The position numbers and the translations under genes were made by a program. From contig OZ024743.1 in assembly GCA_964016885.1 (NCBI GenBank), positions 186,248,001-186,312,000 on the forward strand: DNA of 64,000 bases, given 5' to 3'. This DNA is from Eledone cirrhosa (lineage: Eukaryota). This document shows positions 38,721-50,126 of the stretch, one piece after another. How positions within the stretch are numbered: position 1 is the stretch's first letter; each line of letters begins with the position of its first letter. Under the pieces are notes generated by a model, which saw nothing but the letters and a program-made list of their open reading frames with translations, was not told where the DNA came from and did no database searches.

Positions 38721-40524
38721 CGATGATTTGAACCATGAAAAACATTGGACCCCAAGGAACAGAGCAATATAATGACAACTATGGGAATCTTCAAACTAAC
38801 CTAAATAATCCAGCTTATGACTTAAATAGGATTCAACTCTGGCAGCCACATAACCTCCCTCTGGCTATCTGGAGTGACTCTTACCTCATCTAAACATATC
38901 ACCTGAAGTTTGCACTAAATGGGTTGTGCTCTGAATCTACAGCTAGACCCCTTACTATTGAACTTGACTTTTACAAAACTTAAATAAATTATTGTTTTTA
39001 TGATAGACTCTTCACCTCACTCACTTATCACTATGGGCATCGGCATAGTTATAACTTTTGTATGAAATACTGTAATCCAGGGACTCTATCTTGCAAGGAT
39101 AGTGCCTTTATACTGTACACTAATACATTTTTCTTTTAGCCTGAGAGAATTTCTTATAAATTTTTTTTGAAAGCTTAAATCTACTGGTACCATTATTTAT
39201 AGAAAAAGAAAACAAGAAAAATTAGATTGAGAAGAATGGAAGTAAAATAGGAAAATATAAAGAAAACAAAAGAAAAAGAAAAAAAAAATGGAAAAGGGAG
39301 GAAATGGCAAGGACTCGAGTATCACAGACAAAGGAGAAGGATGATTGCGCTCTGGGCCTATGGCGTAGTGGTAAAGGGGCTGTGCCCTGCAGACAAGACC
39401 GCGAAAGTATTTCTGCAGACAATGGCTAGCGACACCTGCTGCAACAGCAAGGTTCCTATGCTGGTCGCCATGGACTTGAAAACCAACTTCACAACATCAC
39501 CACTAATAGTAACCATTATTAATACACTGTCAGCTAATATATGGAAATCCTATCTCCCTATTAATTTCTTTTCACTAATTTTAATCTAGGCTATAGATAT
39601 TTAATTTGAGATTGATGTGATTGATATAAGTTGAATTCCACATCACTATCACTTTATATAACTCTATTAACAACAACTCTATTAAATGTACCTTACTACA
39701 ACTCTATTAAATGTACCTTACTTTATTAATTTGAATTTAGATTTAATTTAGGTCGCATTCAATTTGAGATGAATGTAATTAACTTAAGAAGAATCCTTCT
39801 TAAGTTTCACATAATATAATTTGACTTGATATAATTAATGTCATGTACTTTAATTAATTACAGGTGAATGCAGCCTAAACTAGTTTAATATGCACTTTGT
39901 TAACCAAAAGAAGCTTTGACATAACTAATATTCTTCTACATTAATTATAATCATTGATTAAATTTACAAAATTAATTTAGAATAATTTATTTTGAGACAT
40001 CCTAATTAAATTGGAGATAAATATAATCGATTTATATTGAATACCATTTCAATTTCACTTGATATAACTTTATTTGATTTAATCTAGTTTACACATAAGT
40101 AGTGCAAACTAAAGCAAGGGACATCACCCAACTCTTGTGGTTTTTCTAAAACTCAACTGTTTCTACTTTTTTTAATTGTTTATACTGTTAATGATTCAAT
40201 TAGTCCTAATTTCTGCCATAGTTTTTCTTTAAACTATAAAACTAGAAAGTTTAGCTTGTCATTTTGGATTCATGTATTATTTCTAGACTATTATTCAATT
40301 TGGTTCATTTGGTATTTTTTTAAATTTTGGTTCATCCAAATTTATCAAATTATCATTTTCTTTAAGAGTCATGATAAAATCTAAATAAATAAAGCTAGTT
40401 TCTGGTGATCCCCTAAGAGAGAGTGGAATGCAATATATATGATGTGATAAATAAGGTAGGGCCACAGAAAAACTGTCCCCCAAACCCTTGCCCAACTCAT
40501 GTTAGCATGGAAAAATAGATATAT

Positions 40525-40878
40525 AATTATTTCTACTATAGGCACAAGGCCAGCAATTTTTGGGGGAAGGGAAAGTCGATTAAATCGACCCCAGTGTATT
40601 ATTGGTGCTTTATTTTATCGACCAAGTAAGGATGAAAGGCAAAGTTAACCTTGAAAATAATGATGACACATATATATATAATAGGTATCATGACAGATTA
40701 GAGCAAACATCACGGGCGCTCTATCTCAAAATTATTTTTGAAAAGCATTAGAAATGCGCAACAGGTAGAACTTAAAACCAAAACTGAATACTAACCAATA
40801 CTATTACTAATTTTCACTTATTCCTAATTAAACTATTTTTCACTGTGAACAATTTGTCAGCATTTTCTTTTCCGTTTA

Positions 40879-40938
<60 letters not shown>

Positions 40939-41056
40939 TGTTTCTACTTTTGGCACAAGGCCAGCAATTATTCCAGGGTATTACTGGTACTTTATTTTAT
41001 CAAGCCCGTAAGGATGAAAGGCAAAGTTAACCTCGGCGGGATTTGAACTCAGATCA
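40525..41056 (-). mobile_element. Two truncated SINE copies (40525-40652 and 40935-41056)
   Basis: Same core and tail as the other copies. Confidence 0.7.
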
Positions 41057-41111
41057 TATATATATATAATAATAATACCAGGACGTTATGTCTTCATTAC
41101 GTTTATTGATT

Positions 41112-41196
41112 GGTGACGCGTGTTTCGCTATTGATCAGCTCAAGGTTTGATCTGTATTGATCTGGCCCAACTCTGGAATCAAAAGCTCGTCGGACC
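41112..41196 (-). ncRNA. Type I hammerhead-like motif with long stem II and variant core
   Basis: Minus strand: ggt-CCGACGA-gcttttgat...atcaatagc-GAAA-cacgcg-TC-acc, followed by aataaa. Confidence 0.5.
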
Positions 41197-41578
41197 TCTG
41201 CTGTGGTATTGACAGAATGAACATATAAAGCATAGAAATGTCTGTAACTTCACGTTACAGTCTGTAACTTCACATTACACTCCTATATATATATTATATG
41301 TGATCTATATTGTGGATATACGATGTAAGTTATATATTTTACACTCAGCCTCACCGTTATGTCCAGGTCAGAATAACATCTTTTCCTGGGTCCTGTATTT
41401 TCGTTGCTCTGGTAATGCGGTTGGACTGCCGACTGCTATATCTGATTTGCTAAGCTGTCTGAACGTAATGTTATTACTCTGGGGTCTTACCTCATCTGAG
41501 TGCTAAAGCTACAGACCGATTATGCATATACGCTAGCTTGGCCGTATACTAAAGCTTCGTTAATGCTGTACTAAAATT

Positions 41579-41615
<37 letters not shown>

Positions 41616-41939
41616 GGAGAGAGAGAGCGAGAGATAGATATATATTATACCAGCCGTGCTACAAAGAAATTTTGGCTTGTGTTCAAGCTGAAACTGCTTG
41701 GCATTGTGGGTGAGATTATATCTATCTCTATACCCACTATGCATCTCCCCATGCATTGAGTACTCCCATGATTTGTGGTCTCCTTGGTCTCAGCACTGTA
41801 CACACACTTTTTCTCTCTCTATATATAATATATATAATATATCATCATTTTCGTTTAACGTCTATCTTTAACGGCTAGCATGGGTTAGACAATATATATA
41901 TATATATATTCCGGGGCCACTCTGGTACCCCGAGACCCC

Positions 41940-42510
41940 TACAGATGCGCATGAAAGACGACAGCTGTATAAAAAAGTGCAGGGTGATCAAAATAGACGG
42001 TAGCTACAAAGTAGGCAGACCCAGAAAAACCTGGGACGATTTGATAAATTATGACCTTACACACTTACACCTCTCTAAGATAATGTCGCTGGACCGAGAT
42101 TTTTGGCGCTACGCTGTAATACAGAAAACCCACCTTGCCTAAGTACAAAGCAAAACCTACAGTCAGTAGGCACCTCTTAATTAAATATACCCCCCCCCCA
42201 TCAACACCACCCCTTTCTCTGTAAAGTTATGTTGGCACCACAACATCCAGTCCTAAATAAATGAGGTCGTGTAGGTGTCACGACAAAAAAACACACAGTC
42301 CACGCTGTAATGTGGCCGTGTAGGTAACACGGTAAAAACCTCCCACTCCACACTGTAAACGTGGTTGGTGTTAGGAAGGGCATCCAGCCATAGAAAACCC
42401 GCCAGACAGTCCTATACGAGCAAGACAACCAATCTTGACTCAAGTGGCACAATTCCCATCTAAACCCATGCTAGCGTGGAAGATGGACATTAAACGATGA
42501 TGATGATGAT
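41940..42510 (+). mobile_element. RTE LINE 3' end (second family, long 3' UTR)
   Basis: MRMKDDSCIKKC...GRPRKTW and a (GAT)n tail. Inverted homolog at 46750-47363. Confidence 0.75.
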
Positions 42511-42847
42511 ATATATATATAAATAATATATATAATATATATAAATATATAATATATATATATATATATATAAGGAAAAAAGATGAAATCGAAAATGCAA
42601 CTGGAGTCTTTTTTTATAAAAATATATATTGAGATGGAGGGTTTGTGGTTTTTCTCAAACACCACAAACCCTGCATCTCAATTCTACTTTTGAAAAGCAG
42701 AAGAACTGTAAAACCGGTAAAGGAACCAAATAAATATATATTTTTATAAAAAAAAACTCCAGTTGTATTTTCGATTTCATCTTTTTTCCTTATACTTTGA
42801 CTTGTGTAGGACACCTCGTTTTTTTTCGTTTTGTAAAAAAACTTCAC

Positions 42848-42887
<40 letters not shown>

Positions 42888-42900
42888 TAATATATATAAT

Positions 42901-45660
42901 CATCATCATCATCATCATTTTACGTCTGCTTTTCCCTGCTTGCAAGGGTGGGATGGGTCTTATTCAGCACACCATCTCTCCACTTGTCATGGTCCTTCTT
43001 CATCTCCACCATGAGCTTCAGCGATCTGAGGTCTGTTCTCACCACCTCTGCCCATGTTTTTCGTGGTCTACCTCTACCACGTCTTCCTTCAACAGGCATT
43101 TCCTGGCACTTCTTCACCCATCGGTCATCCTCCATGCGCATCACATGTCCATACCACCTCAGTCTCCTCTCCCGTACACTACATTCTATCCCTCTCAGAC
43201 ACAGTTTCTCTCTCAACAAATTCATGCTGGCTTGTTCACGCACATTGACATTGCACATCCAACGGAGCATGCTTGCCTCATTCCTCTCCAGCCGTCGCAT
43301 ATCCTCTGCAGTTGCTGCCCATGTTTCAATACTATGCAGCATCACGCTCCTCACACAGGCATCATATAACTGGCCTTTCGTACGCAGGGAGAAACCCTTC
43401 TTCGTCAGCAGAGGAAGCAGCTCCCTAAACTTCTTCCAACCCTTCCTTATTCTAGATACTATGGCCTCAAAACACCCCCCATGCTAATCTGATCAACTAG
43501 GTACCGGAAGCTATCCACCACTTCTATAGTACCCGCCTGCATTTGAAAAATGTGTCTATCAATGCGATTTCTACTGTCTAATTTCCCTGTACATCTACTG
43601 CATACGTATTTCTCCCTACCCGTTAGTTTGCCTGCTATCCCGCTACATCTCTTGTGTACCCAGGATCTGCACTGTGTGCATTTTATACAATTTATGCCAG
43701 TTCCTTTTCTGCATATCGAACATTGCCATTTCCCTGACAGAATCGGAGTTTTGTCCTCTTTTCTACTCATCAACACTTTTGTCTTAGCTAGGTGCACTCT
43801 CAGTCCTCTTGATTCCAACTGCTGTTTCCATAGCCAGAATTTATTCTCTAGCTCCTCTACTGATTCTGCTATAAGAACCAGATCGTCAGCATAGCGAAGT
43901 TCCCATGGACAGCCAGTCTTAAACTCCTCTTTTATGGCTTGGAGGACTATAATGAACAAGAGCGGGCTGAGGACTCCTACTTGTATCTGGAATTCCTCAC
44001 TAAACTCCATTCCTACCCTCACTTTAGTGACAGTACTTCTGTACAAAGTTTGCACTGTCCTCACAAGCCATTCCTCAACATCTAGTTTCCTTAGGGACCA
44101 CCAGATGACAGATCGGGGTACCCTATCAAAGGCCTTCTCTAGGTCAACAAAGGCTAAGTATAATGGCTTATTCTTCTCTAAGAATCTCTTTTGTAATTGG
44201 CTCACCAAGAAGAGGGCATCTGTTGTACTTTTCCCAGGCACAAATCCAAACTGCATCTCATTTACTTTGAACCGTTCTCTAATTAGTTGTGCTAATATCC
44301 TTTCTGCCACTTTCAAAACCTGATCCATCAGTTTTATACCCCTATAATTGCTCCTCTCAAGAGCATCCCCTTTACCTTTGTAGCAATTTATGAGAATACT
44401 GTTGCACCAGTCTTTGGGTATGACACCACCATATATAGCCTGATTGATGATGCGTGCAACCAGTTGGTGCCTACGTCCCCTGATGCCTTCAGCACCTCAG
44501 CAACTATCCCCGATTGTCCAGCAGCCTTACCATTTTTCATTTCCTTAATTGCCTCTTGGACCCTATATTCGTCAATCTCAATAGCTGGTCTCTGTCGGAT
44601 CTACTGAGGGTAATTTATCTCTCTCCCATTCGTTCTCCACATTCATCAGTCTCTCATAATAACATTTCCAGGCCTCCTTTTTCTGATTGTTCATGACACT
44701 AAGTACACCAGCATCATTCCGGACACATTTATCTCCAACAACATCCTGATTTGCATTGACACACTGCCTTGCAATGTGGAACACCGCACGCCTCTGATCT
44801 TCCCGTCGCAGAACATTGGCAAACATCCTACTCTAAGCCTCCCTGCGTGCTAAGTACACCTGACGCCTAGCTTCTCTCTTAGCGGCTGTATATCCTTCCC
44901 TACTCCCACCCTTTTTCCAAGCCTTCCATGCTAGTCTTTTGTCTCTAATGGCCTTATCTACTGTGCTGTTCCACCACCAGGTCACTCTCTGTCTGGTTGG
45001 AGCTCTGCTCCAGCCACAAATTTCATCAGTAGCTTGCAGTAAGTTGTTACGTAAGAAATTCCAGTTTTGTAGTGCACCTGAGCACTGTACACAATAATTT
45101 CATTATTATTATCTATGTCATACATCTCTAAATCATCTTCTTTTTCGTCATACACATCTTGAAGGGCTTTCCTAAATTTGTATTTTAGTGAAAGGTCTTT
45201 TAACTTCCAGACCCTTCTTCTCCACACCTTCCTGTATGTCTCATTCCATCTCTTGCTTACTGAGATATCACTAACGACTAACCTATGCTATGGGGTACAT
45301 TCTTCCCCAGGGTATGCCTTGGTATTAGACACTATCTGCCTGTCCCTCTGCCTAACTAGTAAAAAGTCAATCTGGCTTATGTGCTCACCAGATTTGTAGG
45401 TTATTAGGTGGTTGGCAGGTTTCTGGAAGTTAATGTTGCAAATAGTCAGTGTACTTGCATCACAAAATTCAAGAAGTCTCACTCCTTCTTCATTTCTTGA
45501 GCTGTAACCGTGCCCACCATGTACCCCAGTGTAACGATCCTGGAGCTGTCCAACATGACCATTGAAGTCCCCTGCTAGCATAACGATGTCTCCATTCTCT
45601 GTCATTGTGGTTGTTTGTAAAAGTTTCTCGTAAAAGCAATCTTTCTCTTCTTTGCCTATA
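42901..45660 (-). mobile_element. RTE-clade LINE, 5'-truncated and disrupted (APE + RT + Cys/His finger)
   Basis: GDFNGHVG and IDFLLV (APE), FVDLEKAFDRVP and YADDLVL (RT), RRLRWYGHVMRM..GRPRKTW, (GAT)n tail. Several stops and frameshifts. Confidence 0.9.
45067..45111 (+). mobile_element. ~45-bp CR1 3' tail inserted in the RTE
   Basis: ttgtagtgcacctgagcactgtacacaata is identical to 52326-52355. RTE coding resumes on both sides. Confidence 0.75.
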
Positions 45661-45679
45661 TAATATATATAAATATAAC

Positions 45680-46025
45680 ATCATCATCATCATTATCATC
45701 ATTTTACGTCCGCTTTTCCCTGCTTGTAAGGGTGGGATGGGAACTGATTCTGGCTTGATTTCTACAGCTGGATGCCCTTCCTAACACCAACCTCATTTAC
45801 AGTGAGTGCTGGGTGCTTTTTGCCGTGGCACCTCCACGACCACTTTGCAGAGGAATGATATGGACCCCAGTCCCTATCATCTCATTTTTACAGCTGAGTG
45901 AACTGGAGCAATGTGAAATAAAGTGTCTTACTCAAGGAAACAACACATCACTCGGTCTGAGAATTGAACTCACAACCATTCGATTGTCAGGCCAATGCTC
46001 TAACCACTAAGCCATGTGCCTCCAC
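45680..46025 (-). mobile_element. Full-length tRNA-derived SINE with RTE tail
   Basis: A box tggcttagtggttagagc, B box gagttcaattc, and a 3' end matching the RTE 3' end. Confidence 0.82.
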
Positions 46026-46037
46026 AATAATATATAT

Positions 46038-46075
<38 letters not shown>

Positions 46076-46076
<1 letters not shown>

Positions 46077-46740
46077 CATCATCATCATTTTATGTCCACT
46101 TTTCCCTGCTTGCAAGGGTTGGACGGGTTCTATTCAGCACAGCATCTCTCCACTTGTCATGGTCCTTCATCATCTCCTCCTTGGTGAGTTTCAGCAATCT
46201 GAGATCTGCTCTCACCACCTCCGCCCATGTTTTTCGTGGTCTACCTCTACTGCATCTTCCTTCTACTGGGATTTCTTGGCACTTCTTTACCCAGTGGTCA
46301 TCCTCCATGCGCATCACATGTCCATACCATCTCAGTCTTCTCTCCTGCACACCACAACTTATCCCTCTTAAACCACTTTCTTTCTCAACTCGTCTATGCT
46401 TGGTCGTTCACGCACATTGACATTGCACATCCAACGGAGCATACTTGCTTCATTTCTCTCCAGCCATCGCATATCTTCTGCAGTTGCTGCCTATGTCTCA
46501 CTACCATACAGCATCGCGCATCTCACACAGGCATCATATAACCGTCCTTTCGAACTCAGGGAGAAACCCTTCTTTGTCAACAGAGGAAGCAGCTCCCTAA
46601 ACTTCTTCCAACCCGTCCTTATTCTAGATACTATGACCTCGGAACCTCCCCCCCTCCCATGCTAATTTGATCACCTAGGTACCGGAAGCTATCAACCACT
46701 TCTATAGAACCCACCTGAATTGGAAAAATGTGTCTATCAC
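46076..46740 (-). mobile_element. RTE 3' fragment (same family as 42901-45660)
   Basis: RRLRWYGHVMRMEDD...GRPRKTW, highly similar to 42901-43560. Confidence 0.88.
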
Positions 46741-46749
46741 TGTGATATA

Positions 46750-47363
46750 TCATCATCATCATCATCATCATCATCGTTTAACGTCCGTGTTCCATGCTTG
46801 CATGGGTTTGGACGGGAGTTTTCCCACTTGAGGCAAGAGTGGTTGTCTTGCTCGCATAGGACTGTCTGGCGGGTTTTCTACAGTTGGATGCCCTTCCTAA
46901 CACCAACCACATTTACAGTGTGGGGCTGGGAGGTTTTTACCGTGTTGCCTACACGGCCACATTACGCCGTGGACTGTCTGGCAGGTTTTCTACAGCTGGA
47001 TGCCCTTCCTAACACCAACCACATTTACAGTGTGGGACTGGGAGGTTTTTACCGTGTTGCCTACACGGTCACATTACAGCGTGGACTGTGTGTTTTTTTT
47101 TCGTGACACCTACACGATCTCATTTGTTTCGGCCTGGATTTTGTGGCACCAACATAACTTTACATTGAAAGGGGCGGTGTGGATGGGGTGGGGTGGTGGG
47201 ACGGGGGTGTATTTTGTTAGAGATGCCTACTGACTGTAGTAGGTTTTACTTTGTATTTAGGTAACGCGAGTCTTCTCTGTTACTGAGTACCGCCAAAGGT
47301 CTCGGTCCAGTGACATTGTCTTGGAGAGGTGTAAGTGTGTGAGGTCGGAATTTATCAGCTCGT
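46750..47363 (-). mobile_element. RTE second-family 3' end with ~110-bp internal tandem duplication
   Basis: Inverse homolog of 42040-42510. 46860-46970 is repeated at 46971-47085. Confidence 0.72.
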
Positions 47364-47589
47364 ATATATATATATATATATAATATATATATATATATAC
47401 AAGCAAATTATAAATGTAAACATGTAAGTATGTTTTTGAAACGGTGCGCGAGTTTGAAAATTAAAAATTAGAAATTATAAGCTTTCACCGTATTTTAGAC
47501 TAAAGAAATTTCTAGCCTGATAGTGGGGTTTATAACCCTCGGAGAAATGGAAAAAGATCTAAAATACGCTGAAAGCTTATAATTTCTAA

Positions 47590-47632
<43 letters not shown>

Positions 47633-47687
47633 AAATTTCTATACATATTTGTATAAAGCTATGCTTGAAGCGAAATCCTATTTCTTT

Positions 47688-47736
<49 letters not shown>

Positions 47737-48193
47737 AAAAAAAGATGAAATCGAAAATGCAACTGGAGTCTTATTTAAAAAAAAATATATATATTTATTT
47801 GGTTCCTTTACCGTTTTCGCAGTTTTTCTGCTTTTCAAAAGTAGAGTTGAGATGGAGGGTCTGTGGTTTTTCTCAAATAATATATATAGATATATATATT
47901 AAAAACAAATAACGAAACGAAATTAAATTTCGTTTCGTTTGTAACTCACTTTTGTATGACTGACGCTTAAACAATTAAGTTAAAAATGTACATCCATATA
48001 TGTATACTGAAATACTAGTATGCATATGAATACACACACGTATACATATGTAGATGTACCAAGTCTTTCACTGGTTACTTTACTGTGAGTATCCAGCTAT
48101 TCTGTATGTAAACACACAGACAAACCGGTTTTTAGAGTCATACTGGTTTTTGAGGAAACACCTTTCCTCTATTCTTCAGAAAGCCAGACAAGG

Positions 48194-48238
48194 AATATTG
48201 AACTAGTTTCGTTGTTGTTACAACTCATCAGCAATATT
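48194..48238 (-). ncRNA. Minimal type I hammerhead ribozyme
   Basis: Exact reverse complement of the plus-strand copies. Confidence 0.8.
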
Positions 48239-48451
48239 TACCTATCTACCGGCCTTTCTGGAGAATCGTAAAAGCACATATCGTTATATGCTTTTTCTAT
48301 GAAAATTAGTAGTGGGCAGACTAATTTGCATAGAGTGTGAGTACGTACCGGTTCAACGGAGACGATAAAAACAAATAACGAAACGAAATTAAATTTCGTT
48401 TCGTTTGTAACTCACTTTTGTATGACTGACGGTAAATATTGCTGATAGGTA

Positions 48452-48496
48452 AATATTGCTGATGAGTTGTAACAACAACGAAACTAGTTCAATATT
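48452..48496 (+). ncRNA. Minimal type I hammerhead ribozyme
   Basis: aatattg-CTGATGA-gttgt(aaca)acaac-GAAA-c(ta)g-TT-caatatt. Confidence 0.82.
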
Positions 48497-48917
48497 CCTT
48501 GTCTGGCTTTCTGGAGAATAGAGGAAAGGTGTTTCCTCAAAAACCAGTATGACTCTAAAAACCGGTTTGTCTGTGTGTTTACATACAGAATAGCTGGATA
48601 CTCACAGTAAAGTAACCAGTGAAAGACTTGGTACATCTACATATGTATACGTGTGTGTATTCATATGCATACTAGTATTTCAGTATACATATATGGATGT
48701 ACATTTTTAACTTAATTGTTTAAGCGTCAGTCATACAAAAGTGAGTTACAAACGAAACGAAATTTAATTTCGTTTCGTTATTTGTTTTTATCGTCTCCGT
48801 TGAACCGGTACGTACTCACACTCTATGCAAATTAGTCTGCCCACTACTAATTTTCATAGAAAAAGCATATAACGATATGTGCTTTTACGATTCTCCAGAA
48901 AGGCCGGTAGATAGGTA

Positions 48918-48962
48918 AATATTGCTGATGAGTTGTAACAACAACGAAACTAGTTCAATATT
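48918..48962 (+). ncRNA. Minimal type I hammerhead ribozyme
   Basis: Identical motif 466 bp downstream. Confidence 0.82.
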
Positions 48963-49383
48963 CCTTGTCTGGCTTTCTAGAGAATAGAGGGAAGGTGTTT
49001 CCTCAAAAACCAGGATGACTCTAAAAACCGGTTTGTCTGTGTGTTTACATACAGAATAGCTGGATACTCACAGTAAAGTAACCAGTGAAAGACTTGGTAC
49101 ATCTACATATGTATACGTGTGTGTATTCATATGCATACTAGTATTTCAGTATACATATATGGATGTACATTTTTAACTTAATTGTTTAAGCGTCAGTCAT
49201 ACAAAAGTGAGTTACAAACGAAACGAAATTTAATTTCGTTTCGTTATTTGTTTTTATCGTCTCCGTTGAACCGGTACGTACTCACACTCTATGCAAATTA
49301 GTCTGCCCACTACTAATTTTCATAGAAAAAGCATATAACGATATGTGCTTTTACGATTCTCCAGAAAGGCCGGTAGATAGGTA

Positions 49384-49428
49384 AATATTGCTGATGAGTT
49401 GTAACAACAACGAAACTAGTTCAATATT
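49384..49428 (+). ncRNA. Minimal type I hammerhead ribozyme
   Basis: Identical motif a further 466 bp downstream. Confidence 0.82.
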
Positions 49429-49656
49429 CCTTGTCTGGCTTTCTAGAGAATAGAGGGAAGGTGTTTCCTCAAAAACCAGTATGACTCTAAAAACCGGTTT
49501 GTCTGTGTGTTTACATACAGAATAGCTGGATACTCACAGTAAAGTAACCAGTGAAAGACTTGGTACATCTACATATGTATACGTGTGTGTATTCATATGC
49601 ATACTAGTATTTCAGTATACATATATGGATGTACATTTTTAACTTAATTATATATA

Positions 49657-49759
<103 letters not shown>

Positions 49760-49828
49760 AGTTAGAATATTTTCGAAACAGCAAGTGGGTTTGAAATTAT
49801 TAGAAATGTAAGCTATCGCCGTATTTTG

Positions 49829-50126
49829 ACTAAATAAATTAAAGAAATTATTTAGCCTGATAGTGGGGTTAAGAACCCTCGGAGAAATGGAAAAAGTTGA
49901 GTATTGACGTACATGGGAGTTGAACCCATATCTTTGGTTATCCGGACCACTGTGCTACCATTTACACCAACACATCATGATGTGTTGATGTAAATGGTAG
50001 CACAGTGGTCCGGATAACCAAAGATGTGGGTTCAACTCCCATGTACGTCAATACTCAACTTTTTCCATTTCTCCGAGGGTTCTTAACCCCACTATCAGGC
50101 TAAATAATTTCTTTAATTTATTTAGT
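49829..50126. repeat. 298-bp spacerless palindrome of a tRNA-headed element
   Basis: Centre catca|tgatg at 49977/49978, 149-bp arms, two mismatches seen. Confidence 0.9.

Larger units (their letters stand above)
47900..49649. mobile_element. Hammerhead-bearing 466-bp tandem array with an inverted block (retrozyme / Penelope pseudo-LTR-like)
   Basis: Plus-strand block 48432-49649 (~2.6 units, ctgatga at 48459, 48925, 49391), inverted block 47900-48431 (~1.1 units), (TA)n flanks, no ORF. Confidence 0.85.

Noticed and set aside
49857-49890. ctgatagtggggttaagaaccctcggagaaa as a hammerhead
   Set aside because: The core is CTGATAG, not CTGANGA, and no stem I/III arrangement fits.
49978-50050. Functional tRNA gene
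   Set aside because: The acceptor stem pairs poorly and the sequence continues into a repeated body, so it is better read as a SINE head.
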